A stretch of 34,282 bases of DNA from a virus. The DNA lies in IMG/VR virus record IMGVR_UViG_3300045988_088004. One strand, given 5' to 3'. A program made the position numbers and the translations under genes. Positions 22,657 through 30,939 of this stretch are shown here, piece after piece. The notes under the pieces were generated by a model that saw only the letters and a program-made list of their open reading frames with translations, ran no database searches and was not told the DNA's origin. Each line of letters starts with the position of its first letter. Position 1 is the first letter of the stretch.

Positions 22657-23727
22657 ATGATAAAACACGATAATATATTTTATGTGAGAAATATCCATGC
22701 AATAGGCGGAGTAGAAACGTACGTATACGAGCTAGCTAAAAAGTACAAAGACTACGATATAGCAGTAGTATGTAAGACTATAGCTCCAGAACAACTAAAA
22801 AGACTAAAAAAGTTCTGTAGAGTTTATATCCATAAAAACGAACAAATAGAATGTAAATTACTAATAACTAACTGGGATACGTCTATCATTAAATACGTAA
22901 ATAAAGAAGCTAAAGTATATACAGGACTACATACAGACTATAGTAATTCAACAGAGATACTAGGACTTCCTAAAGACGATCCGAGAATAACATATATCGG
23001 AATAACAGAAGACAGTAAAAAGAAGTTCGAAGATATAACAGGAATAAAAAGGACTATTCTATGTAGAAACCCTTTAGAATTGGAGGAAGATCCGCCAGTA
23101 CTAACACTAATGAGTGCAACTAGACTAAGCTCCATAAAAGGCGGAGATAGAATGCTAGCAATAGCAAACGAGCTAGATAGACAGGGTATAGATTATATAT
23201 GGCTACTATATACTACAGACGAATATCAGAGCAACCCAGTATGGAAAAATAAAAACGTAATACACATGAACAATAGATTAGATTTAGGTAAGTTTATGAG
23301 AAAAGCAGACTGGATAATTCAGCCGTCAATATGCGAAGGAGATAGTTACACACTAAAAGAAGCACTATATCGAGGAGTACCAGTAGTAGTATGCGAACTA
23401 CCATACTTTAAAGAGATAGGAATAAAAGACGGAGAAAATGCTTTATTTTTAAAAGAAGACAGTAGCAACGTAGAAGAAGTAGTAAAGAAAATGAAAAAAC
23501 CGCTAAAGTTCAAATTCGAGCCAGTAAAAGATGGATACGATAAACTACTAGCAAAAGGTAAAAGCATATATCAGCAGGAATTAAAAACAATGGTAGAAGT
23601 ACAATGTATAAACAAATACCACGACTTAGAACTAAAGAGACTAATAACTCCAGAAGATAAACCATACAAAGTAAATAAAATAAGAGCAGAAGAACTAGAA
23701 GAATTAAATCTAGCAGTAAGGAGGTAA
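22657..23727 (+). CDS. GT4-family (GT-B, retaining) glycosyltransferase with a C-terminal ~45-aa domain duplicated in the next ORF
   Basis: RBS taggaggg. IGGVETYVYELAK N-terminal half. The C-terminal half carries E-x7-E: PSICEGDSYTLKEALYRGVPVVVCELPYF...GENALF. Confidence 0.8.
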   Translation: MIKHDNIFYVRNIHAIGGVETYVYELAKKYKDYDIAVVCKTIAPEQLKRLKKFCRVYIHKNEQIECKLLITNWDTSIIKYVNKEAKVYTGLHTDYSNSTEILGLPKDDPRITYIGITEDSKKKFEDITGIKRTILCRNPLELEEDPPVLTLMSATRLSSIKGGDRMLAIANELDRQGIDYIWLLYTTDEYQSNPVWKNKNVIHMNNRLDLGKFMRKADWIIQPSICEGDSYTLKEALYRGVPVVVCELPYFKEIGIKDGENALFLKEDSSNVEEVVKKMKKPLKFKFEPVKDGYDKLLAKGKSIYQQELKTMVEVQCINKYHDLELKRLITPEDKPYKVNKIRAEELEELNLAVRR

Positions 23728-23732
23728 GAGAA

Positions 23733-23933
23733 ATGGTAAAAGTACAATGCATACTAGACTACAACGATCTACAACTAAAGAGACTAGTAAAAGTAGGAGA
23801 AGAATTAGAAGTAGCAAAAGCTAGAGCAGAAGTTCTAGTAGAAAAAGAACTAGTAAAAGTAGTAGAAGTAATTCCAGAAGAAGAAAAAACACCAGCTAAA
23901 AAAACTACAGCAAAAAAAACAAATAAAAAATAA
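23733..23933 (+). CDS. Small protein (66 aa) with K-rich tail; paralog of the glycosyltransferase C-terminus
   Basis: MVKVQCILDYNDLQLKRLV compares with MVEVQCINKYHDLELKRLI at 23590. RBS aggaggtaagagaaATG. Confidence 0.6.
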   Translation: MVKVQCILDYNDLQLKRLVKVGEELEVAKARAEVLVEKELVKVVEVIPEEEKTPAKKTTAKKTNKK

Positions 23934-23966
23934 TAAAACAACTAATAAATCAAAGGAGGTGGAGAA

Positions 23967-25277
23967 ATGGGACTATTCGATAGATTTAGAAAAGAAGAAA
24001 AAAGAGAAGAAACACCAGCTCCAGTTAATCAGGAAATGGTAGCAAACGACGTATTATTAAAAGCATTATTAAATAGCGAGCCTATTACCAGAGAACAGGC
24101 ATTAACATTACCTGCAGTATCAGGAGCGGTAGATTTCATAAGCGGAATGATAGCGTCAATGCCAGTAAAACTATACAAGTATAAAGACGGTAAAGTAGAA
24201 AGTAAGGACGACGATCCTAGAGTACTACTACTAAACGGAGACACAGGAGACACTCTAGATGCATTCCAGATGAAAAAAGCAATGGTAGAAGACTATCTAC
24301 TAGGAAAAGGTGGATACTCATATATCAGGAGAAATAGAAACGACGTAACTGGACTATTCTACGTAAAAGATATATACGTAAGTGCTATACCTAATTTCAA
24401 ACCAATATATAAAGACTTTTATCTAATAGTAGAAGGCCAAACTTACCAAAAGTACGAGTTTATAAAGTTACTTCGTAATACAAAAGACGGAGCAACTGGA
24501 GTAGGACTAACAGAAGAAGTAGGAACAGCACTAGAAACAGCATTTAATACGCTACTATATCAACTAAATATAGTTAAATCTGGAGGAAATAAAAAAGGCT
24601 TTCTAAAATCACAAAGAAAGCTAGGGCAGGACGAAATAAACGTATTAAAGCAAGCATGGAACAACCTATATGCTAATAGTACAGAAAACGTAGTAGTTTT
24701 AAATAATGGACTAGAGTTTCAAGAAGCTAGTAATAGCTCAGTAGAAATGCAACTAAACGAAAGCAAGAAGACGCTACAGGCCGAAATAAATAATATATTT
24801 CATATATACCCTAATGATTTTTATAGGACATTTAAAGAAGGAATATATCCAATAGTAAAAGCATTCACTACAGCTTTAAACAAAGACTTATTACTAGAAA
24901 AAGAAAAGAATAAAATGTTCTTCGAGTTCGACGTAAAAGAGATCCTAAAAGCAAACCCTAAAGAGCAAGCAGAAATATATAAACTATATAAAGAAATAGG
25001 AATGCTAACTATAAACGAACTAAGAAGAATGGATAACAGAAATATGATAGAAGGAATGGACGTATTAAATGTAGGATTAGGAGCAGTACTATACGACGCA
25101 AATACGCACCAATTCTATACACCTAATACAGATACAACAGCTAATATTACAGATACACCAGAAGCACAGCCAGAAAGTGCAATAGACGAAAACGCAGAAG
25201 CACAAATACAAAAATTGTTATTAGATAAAGAACTAGATACAGAGTTTGAAGAAAGCGGAAATAGTTCTGACGCATAG
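23967..25277 (+). CDS. Portal protein (HK97 family)
   Basis: 436 aa with RBS aaaggagg. Positioned before the protease and capsid genes. Motifs ...ALTLPAVSGAVDFISGMIASMPVKLY... and ...GGNKKGFLK... are typical of Phage_portal. Confidence 0.9.
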   Translation: MGLFDRFRKEEKREETPAPVNQEMVANDVLLKALLNSEPITREQALTLPAVSGAVDFISGMIASMPVKLYKYKDGKVESKDDDPRVLLLNGDTGDTLDAFQMKKAMVEDYLLGKGGYSYIRRNRNDVTGLFYVKDIYVSAIPNFKPIYKDFYLIVEGQTYQKYEFIKLLRNTKDGATGVGLTEEVGTALETAFNTLLYQLNIVKSGGNKKGFLKSQRKLGQDEINVLKQAWNNLYANSTENVVVLNNGLEFQEASNSSVEMQLNESKKTLQAEINNIFHIYPNDFYRTFKEGIYPIVKAFTTALNKDLLLEKEKNKMFFEFDVKEILKANPKEQAEIYKLYKEIGMLTINELRRMDNRNMIEGMDVLNVGLGAVLYDANTHQFYTPNTDTTANITDTPEAQPESAIDENAEAQIQKLLLDKELDTEFEESGNSSDA

Positions 25278-25292
25278 GAGGAGGTGATATAA

Positions 25293-26000
25293 ATGTTAGT
25301 TAGAGTAAAAGAAGATAAAGTAGAAATCTCTGGCTATGTCTGAGTAAACGCTATAGAGCGAGATAGTAAGCCACTCTGGAGCAGAGTAGGACAATTCATA
25401 GAACGTATATGTAAAGGAGCTTTTAAAAAAGCACTAAAAAGAAACGACGACGTACATATACTTCTTAATCATGACTGGGACAGAGATCTAGGAAGTACCA
25501 AAGCAGGAAACCTAGAACTAGAAGAAGATAACATAGGACTAAAAGCTAGAGCCACTATCACAGATCCAGAAGTAATTAAAAAAGCCAGAGCAGGAGACTT
25601 AGTAGGCTGGAGTTTCGGTTTCTCAGACAGAGACGTAGAAAAATCTATTAGAGACGGAATGCCACACAGAGCAGTAAAAGACCTTGACTTAGCCGAAGTT
25701 TCTATCCTTGATAGAAGAAAGTCACCAGCTTACGAAGGTACACTAATCACAGCCAGAGCAGAAGAAGACGTAGTACACTTCAGAGGCGAAGACTTCATAG
25801 ACGAAGTTCAAACAAAAGAAGAACAACCAGAAGAAACACCAAAAGAAGAAGCATCTACACCAGTAGAAGCAGAGGTACCAGAAAAAGCAGAAGCTCAGGA
25901 GGTACCAAATGAGGCAGAGCCTAAGCAACATGAAGAAGTTGTAAATATAGATTATTCTAAATATGAAGAAATCATAGCAGAAATGAAGGAGGAAAAATAA
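25293..26000 (+). CDS. HK97-type prohead protease (S78) with acidic C-terminal tail; one in-frame TGA at 25341-25343
   Basis: A strong RBS aggaggaggtg precedes ATG 25293. Reads MLVRVKEDKVEISGYV*VNAIERDS...GAFKKAL...VHILLNHD...GWSFGF... in one frame through to 26000. There is no ATG/GTG/TTG in frame between the TGA and 25659. Confidence 0.8.
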
Positions 26001-26002
26001 CT

Positions 26003-27181
26003 ATGGAAAAAGAACTAAACGAAAGAAAGAATGATCTTATTACTAGAGCAGAAGAAACTCTAAATAAGGCAAAAGAAGAAAAAAGAGAGCTAACAGAAGC
26101 AGAAGCAGAAGAATTAGCAGAAATCAGAGATAATGTAAGACGCATTATGAAAACATTAGAATTGAAAGGAGAGTTTGACAAAATGGAAGGAAAAGCATTA
26201 GAAAAAGAAGGGCTTCCAAAAGACGAAGCTAAAACAGAAGTAGAAATCGAAAAAGAAGAAAGAGCATTAAACGAAGAAAAAGCATTCGCTGATTATATTA
26301 GAGGAGTAGTAACTAACGAAAGAGCTACTAATATGACTTTAACCGATAATGGAGCTGTAATTCCTACTACTATTGCTAATCGTATTATTCGTAAAGTATA
26401 TGATATTTCACCTATTTTACAAAAATCAACTAAATACAATGTAAAAGGAACACTAGAATTACCATACTACGACGAAAGTACACAAGCTATTACAGTAGCA
26501 TTCGCTACAGAGTTCCAAGAACTAGAAAGCAATATCGGAAAATTAGATAGTATTACTTTAACAGGATACTTAGCAGGAGCTTTATCTTTAGTTTCAAGAT
26601 CACTAATTAACAATTCTCAATTCGATATCGTAGCATTCGTAGTAGACGTAATGGCTTATGATATTTCTAGATTTATTGAAGATACATTACTAAACGGTAA
26701 AGGATCTGTAACAGGTTTATCTAACTTAACTAATGTTAAGACTACAGCATCAGCTACAGAAGTAACAGCAGACGAACTAATCTTAGCACAAGGACAAGTA
26801 AAAGACGTTTATCAAAATAACGCTATCTGGATCATGTCACCAGCTACAAGAGATGCTATCCGTAGCTTAAAAGACAAAATGGGAAGATATTTATTACAAG
26901 ACGATATCAGCTTACCATTTGGAAAATCTTTATTAGGAAAACCTGTATATGTATCTGATAATATGAACGATATCACAGCAGGAAAAACAGCAATTTACTA
27001 TGGAGATATGTCAGGACTTGCTACTAAGTTCTCAGAAGAATTAAGCATCCAAGTATTAAGAGAAAAATATGCTACAATGCACGCTGTAGGAGTAGTAGGC
27101 TGGATCGAGTTCGATAGTAAAGTAGAAAACGCTCAAAAGATCGTAGCAGTAAAAATGGCTGGAACAACTCCAAGTGCATAA
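26003..27181 (+). CDS. Major capsid protein, HK97 fold with N-terminal delta (scaffold) domain
   Basis: 392 aa with a coiled-coil N-terminus of about 100 aa, then ...TNMTLTDNGAVIPTTIANRII...GYLAGALSLVSRSLINNS.... Follows the protease. Ends ...AGTTPSA. Confidence 0.9.
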   Translation: MEKELNERKNDLITRAEETLNKAKEEKRELTEAEAEELAEIRDNVRRIMKTLELKGEFDKMEGKALEKEGLPKDEAKTEVEIEKEERALNEEKAFADYIRGVVTNERATNMTLTDNGAVIPTTIANRIIRKVYDISPILQKSTKYNVKGTLELPYYDESTQAITVAFATEFQELESNIGKLDSITLTGYLAGALSLVSRSLINNSQFDIVAFVVDVMAYDISRFIEDTLLNGKGSVTGLSNLTNVKTTASATEVTADELILAQGQVKDVYQNNAIWIMSPATRDAIRSLKDKMGRYLLQDDISLPFGKSLLGKPVYVSDNMNDITAGKTAIYYGDMSGLATKFSEELSIQVLREKYATMHAVGVVGWIEFDSKVENAQKIVAVKMAGTTPSA

Positions 27182-27245
27182 GAAAAAATATAATTAAAAA
27201 ATATTATTTGTTGCTTAGGTAACTCCAAAAAGAAGGAGGTAGAAA

Positions 27246-27542
27246 ATGAATAGTATTTCAAAAGTAAGTGATATCACTACTAACGATATAGCCGAATATA
27301 TCAGACTAGTAGAAGTATCACAGGACGACAAGAATACACTATCTAACTTATTAGAAATTGCTAAGACCTTTATATCAAATTATACAGGACAGACAGACCT
27401 AGATCAGTATCAGGACTTCGTAATCGTAGCATTGATACTTTGTCAGGATATGTGGGATAACAGGACGCTATACGTAGATAAAGCGTCTCTATCATATCCA
27501 GTAGAGACAATTCTAGGAATGCATAGTATCAACTTACTATGA
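27246..27542 (+). CDS. Head-tail connector (gp6-like)
   Basis: ...ITTNDIAEYIRLVEVSQDDKNTLSNLLEIAKTFISNYTG... is the gp6-like pattern. Position after the capsid gene. Confidence 0.7.
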   Translation: MNSISKVSDITTNDIAEYIRLVEVSQDDKNTLSNLLEIAKTFISNYTGQTDLDQYQDFVIVALILCQDMWDNRTLYVDKASLSYPVETILGMHSINLL

Positions 27543-27901
27543 GTAAGCCAGTAAACGCAGGCAAGTATAATCGTAGAATAGTTATATATGAAATAGTGGA
27601 GGGTATAGACAGTGCAGGCTTCCCAGCACCAGTAGAAAAAGATATACTTACTACTTATGCAGAAGTAAAAACTTTACGAGGCTATACCCTAATTACTAAT
27701 AATAGTGACTTTGACAAAGCATACGTAAACTTTACTATTAGATATTCGAGTACAGTAGAAGAAACATACTACAATAGCAATAATTCAAATAGAGATATTT
27801 TAATTAAGTTTAGAGATAAAGATTATAAGATAGAATATCTAAATAATATAGACTTTGCTAACGTAGAGCTAGAACTACAAGCTAAGGAGGTAACTCATTA
27901 A
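27539..27901 (+). CDS. Head closure / head-tail adaptor protein
   Basis: ATGA overlap, 120 aa. YNRRIVIYE...TTYAEVKTLRG pattern; gene order. Confidence 0.6.
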   Translation: MSKPVNAGKYNRRIVIYEIVEGIDSAGFPAPVEKDILTTYAEVKTLRGYTLITNNSDFDKAYVNFTIRYSSTVEETYYNSNNSNRDILIKFRDKDYKIEYLNNIDFANVELELQAKEVTH

Positions 27902-28323
27902 TGGCTAAGTTCGTAATGCAACTACCTACAGAGATCCTAAAAGATATAGAATACATTAACGGCAATAGTGATAAGATATTCGGAGAAATGACGCAAGCAG
28001 GAGCAGAAGTAACGCTAAACAATATCAAAAGTAACATACCTAAAAGTTTCGCAGACAGTAATATAATGAATTGTTTAAAAGTAACTAGGGTATATAAAAC
28101 TCCTACAGATAACGGTATAAATACTAAAGTGGGCTTCTTCGGATATTTTACAAATAAAAACGGAGTAAAAACTCCAGCACCGCTAGTAGCAAACGTATTC
28201 GAGTACGGATCTAGTAAATTTACAAAGCAACCTTTTTTTAGAAGATCATTCAAAAAGGCACAAATAGAAAAAGCTATGTTAGAAGCACAAAAAAGATATA
28301 GTAAAGGACTATTAAATGAATAA
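27901..28323 (+). CDS. HK97 gp10-like neck/tail-completion protein
   Basis: TAATG overlap, 140 aa. ...FEYGSSKFTKQPFFRRSF... pattern; gene order. Confidence 0.6.
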   Translation: MAKFVMQLPTEILKDIEYINGNSDKIFGEMTQAGAEVTLNNIKSNIPKSFADSNIMNCLKVTRVYKTPTDNGINTKVGFFGYFTNKNGVKTPAPLVANVFEYGSSKFTKQPFFRRSFKKAQIEKAMLEAQKRYSKGLLNE

Positions 28324-28672
28324 CGAACTACAAACAATATTCGCAAACTTCACAGTAGATGGACAAGCTATACCTGTATCATTTATGAGATATACAGGTA
28401 AGGCTACAACCTATATAACCTATCAGGAAATACAGGACGATACGTCCTTCAGTGCAGACGACGAACTACAAGCCTACGTAAGATACTACGACTTTGATAT
28501 ATATAGTAAAGGTAATTATCTAACAATAGTAGAAAGTGTAAAAGAAATATTAAAAGCAAACGACTGGAGATATCAGCCTAGTATGACTTCGCAGGACTTA
28601 TACGAAGACGATACAGGTTACTATCATAAGACGTTATGCTTTGCAAAAATAGAGGAGGAGCAAAATGGCTAA
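28316..28672 (+). CDS. Tail terminator-like protein
   Basis: 118 aa, overlapping both neighbours, immediately before the major tail gene. Assigned by position only. Confidence 0.45.
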   Translation: MNNELQTIFANFTVDGQAIPVSFMRYTGKATTYITYQEIQDDTSFSADDELQAYVRYYDFDIYSKGNYLTIVESVKEILKANDWRYQPSMTSQDLYEDDTGYYHKTLCFAKIEEEQNG

Positions 28673-29225
28673 AATAGGATTACAAAACTTTTTATATGGA
28701 GTACTTACAGAAGCCAGCGACGGTAAAGCTACATACGGACAAGTGCTAAAACCTGGAAAAGCAGTAAGCTGTAGTGTAAGTATTTCAAGTAACGACGCTA
28801 AGCTATACGCAGACGACGGCTTAGCAGAAAGCGATACTTCATTCCAAAGTGGAACAGTATCAATTGAAGTAGATAACGCAGATTTAACTACACAAGCTAC
28901 ATTACTAGGACATACAATATCAGGCGAGGAAATGGTAAGAAAAGCTACTGATACAGCTCCATACGTAGCATTAGGACGTATCGTAACTAAGATGGTAGCA
29001 GGAAATTATCAGTATAAAGTAGAGTTCTTACCAAAAGTAAAATTCTCAGAGCCTAGCCAAGAAGATACAACTAAAGGCGAAAGCGTAGAGTTCGGAACTA
29101 CTACATTAGAAGGAATTATATCTACGCTAGCAGACGGTACATGGAGCAAAACTCAAACATTCGAAACAATAACAGAAGCAAGAACATACTTAAACGGTTT
29201 ATTCGAATCAACTCCAAGTGCATAA
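28665..29225 (+). CDS. Major tail (tube) protein, phi13-like
   Basis: The N-terminus MAKIGLQNFLYGVLTEASDGKATYG...GKAVSCSVSISSNDAKLYADDG matches the phi13-family major tail pattern. Ends ...FESTPSA. Confidence 0.85.
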   Translation: MAKIGLQNFLYGVLTEASDGKATYGQVLKPGKAVSCSVSISSNDAKLYADDGLAESDTSFQSGTVSIEVDNADLTTQATLLGHTISGEEMVRKATDTAPYVALGRIVTKMVAGNYQYKVEFLPKVKFSEPSQEDTTKGESVEFGTTTLEGIISTLADGTWSKTQTFETITEARTYLNGLFESTPSA

Positions 29226-29230
29226 TAACA

Positions 29231-29260
29231 GGGTAGGCGAATAAACCTACCCCTTTTTTT
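29231..29260 (+). terminator. Rho-independent terminator/attenuator after the major tail gene
   Basis: The stem is gggtagg/cctaccc with an 8-nt loop, followed by 7 T. Confidence 0.8.
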
Positions 29261-29280
29261 AATATAGGAGGATAAATGAA

Positions 29281-29631
29281 ATGAAAGATAATGCAGGTAA
29301 AATAACTTATAAAGAAAAAGAATATAAAGTAGTATTTAATTTAAACGTAATGGAAGCAATTCAAGAAGAATACGGAACACTTGACAAGTGGACGGAGCTA
29401 ACGTCTGGAGTAGATCAAGAAGTAAACGTAAAAGCATTAAAGTTTGGATATACAGCTATGCTAAACGAAGCACTAGAAATCGAAGCAGAAGAAAACGGAA
29501 CAGAATATAAACCAGTAACACCAGCCTTCGTAGGTAGAATGCTTACAGATATCGGACTAGATAATATGACAAAAGTATTACAAGATACAGTAGTAGAAAG
29601 TACTAAAACAGACGAAGGAAAAAACGCATAA
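29281..29631 (+). CDS. Tail assembly chaperone G
   Basis: 116-aa acidic protein between the major tail and tape measure genes. A slippery site lies near its 3' end. Confidence 0.75.
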   Translation: MKDNAGKITYKEKEYKVVFNLNVMEAIQEEYGTLDKWTELTSGVDQEVNVKALKFGYTAMLNEALEIEAEENGTEYKPVTPAFVGRMLTDIGLDNMTKVLQDTVVESTKTDEGKNA

Positions 29632-29870
29632 TTCCTGATGTAATAGAAGGCGAAGAAGCACAGCCTATAGATTTTACATTTTTTTATTATATCGGGAAGT
29701 CTAAACTAAATCTATCATTCAAAGAGACAGGAAGACTAACATATAGGCTATTTAGTAAACTATATCAGCACTACAAAGATAACTTCGATCTAGAATTACA
29801 GATGAGAATAAAAAACGTAACATATAGGGAACTATATAGTAGACAACAGCAAGAGGAAGAATGGTTTTAA
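29281..29870 (+). CDS. Tail assembly chaperone GT (-1 frameshift product)
   Basis: The -1 frame is open from 29619 to TAA 29868-29870 (KKRIIPDVIEGEEAQPIDFTFFYYIGKSKLNLSFKETGRLTYRLF...EEEWF). Confidence 0.7.
29619..29625 (+). promoter_or_regulatory. Programmed -1 ribosomal frameshift heptamer A_AAA_AAC
   Basis: gga aaa aac in the zero frame gives X_XXY_YYZ. This is the conserved G/GT arrangement of long-tailed phages. Confidence 0.75.
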
Positions 29871-29891
29871 TTTTCAAAAAGAAAAGAAAAT
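29871..29891 (+). repeat. Junction motif copy ttttcaaaaagaaaagaaaat
   Basis: 18 nt identical to 10863-10880. Begins right after the GT stop codon. Confidence 0.7.
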
Positions 29892-29899
29892 ACAAAAAA

Positions 29900-29917
29900 A
29901 TGTTCCACGTGGAACAT
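29900..29917. repeat. Perfect 18-nt palindrome atgttccacgtggaacat
   Basis: Read directly. Located 4 nt upstream of the tape measure RBS gaaggag. Confidence 0.9.
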
Positions 29918-29934
29918 TAGGAAGGAGATGAAAC

Positions 29935-30939
29935 ATGGCTAGCTTTGGAGGATCAATAAAACTAACAGGCGCAGACGAGTATAAGAACGCATTAAAGCAA
30001 ATATCACAGAGCTTACGAGAAACTGGATCAGAACTAACGGCCGTAGCTAGTAGATATGATAAGAACGATAGCTCATTATCTACATTAAAGGCAAAAACTA
30101 CAGAAATGACTAGCGTATTATCAAAGCAAAATCAAGCCTACCAGCAATTAAAGAGTGCATACGATACTTTTAGTGCTAAAGTAAGCCAGCAGGCACAGGC
30201 ACACGATAAACTAGTTCAAACATACGAAAAAGAAAAGCAAGAATTAGAGAATATCCGTAAAGCATCTGGAGAAAGTTCGCAAGCCTTTCAAAACCAGCAG
30301 GCTAAAGTAAACGATCTAGCTAGTGCAGTAGCTAAAAGTTCTCAAAATATGAACGAAAACCAGATAGCACTAAGCAAAATGAAAACACAGCTAAACCAAG
30401 CCGAGACAACAGTAAATAAAACAACTAAAGAAATAGAGGAATTAGGTAATGCAACCGAAGAAAGCGGAGAAAAAGCCAAAAAAGGTGGCGAAGGATATAC
30501 AGTATTTAAGAATATTCTAGCTAATTTAGGTACTCAGGCTATAAACAGCTGTATAAATGGACTAAAGTCTTTAGGTGGAGCATTTATAAACGTAGGAAAG
30601 CAAGCCCTAGCAAGCTACGGAGAGTTCGAACAGCTAAAAGGCGGAGTAGAAACACTATTTAAAGATAGTGCAGATACAATACTAGAGTATTCACAAAACG
30701 CATATATGACCGCTGGAATGAGTGCTAACGAATATATGAGTACCGTAACTAGTTTTTCAGCATCTTTAATACAGTCTTTAGGCGGAGACACGGAAAAAGC
30801 CGTAGAATACTCAGATAGAGCTATTACAGATATGTCAGATAACGCTAATAAAATGGGTACTTCTATGGAAATGATCCAAAATGCTTATCAGGGCTTTGCA
30901 AAATCTAATTACACAATGCTGGATAACTTAAAATTGGGT
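29935..30939 (+). CDS. Tape measure protein, exon 1
   Basis: Coiled-coil N-terminus ending ...NYTMLDNLKLG. The apparent stop at 30940 is the first intron codon. Confidence 0.85.

Noticed and set aside
25341-25343. TGA recoded genome-wide (code 4/25) or as selenocysteine.
   Set aside because: TGA serves as a normal stop, with ATGA overlaps and downstream RBSs, at 13505, 13997, 14323 and 15061. There is only one internal TGA in the genome. The position is not catalytic, and no convincing SECIS-like hairpin lies at the right distance. No suppressor tRNA gene was seen.
27161-27245. Possible programmed frameshift or readthrough extension at the shared ...cca agt gca taa ends of the capsid and tail genes, as in Listeria phage PSA-type C-terminal extensions.
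   Set aside because: The +1 and -1 frames downstream of both stops close within a few to about 17 codons. The tail gene is followed at once by a strong terminator. No extension domain is available.
27882-28346. 154-aa minus-strand ORF, the longest antisense ORF.
   Set aside because: It exactly shadows the gp10-like gene in the middle of a co-directional, overlapping structural operon. It has no SD sequence and a hydrophobic low-complexity product, so it is treated as spurious.
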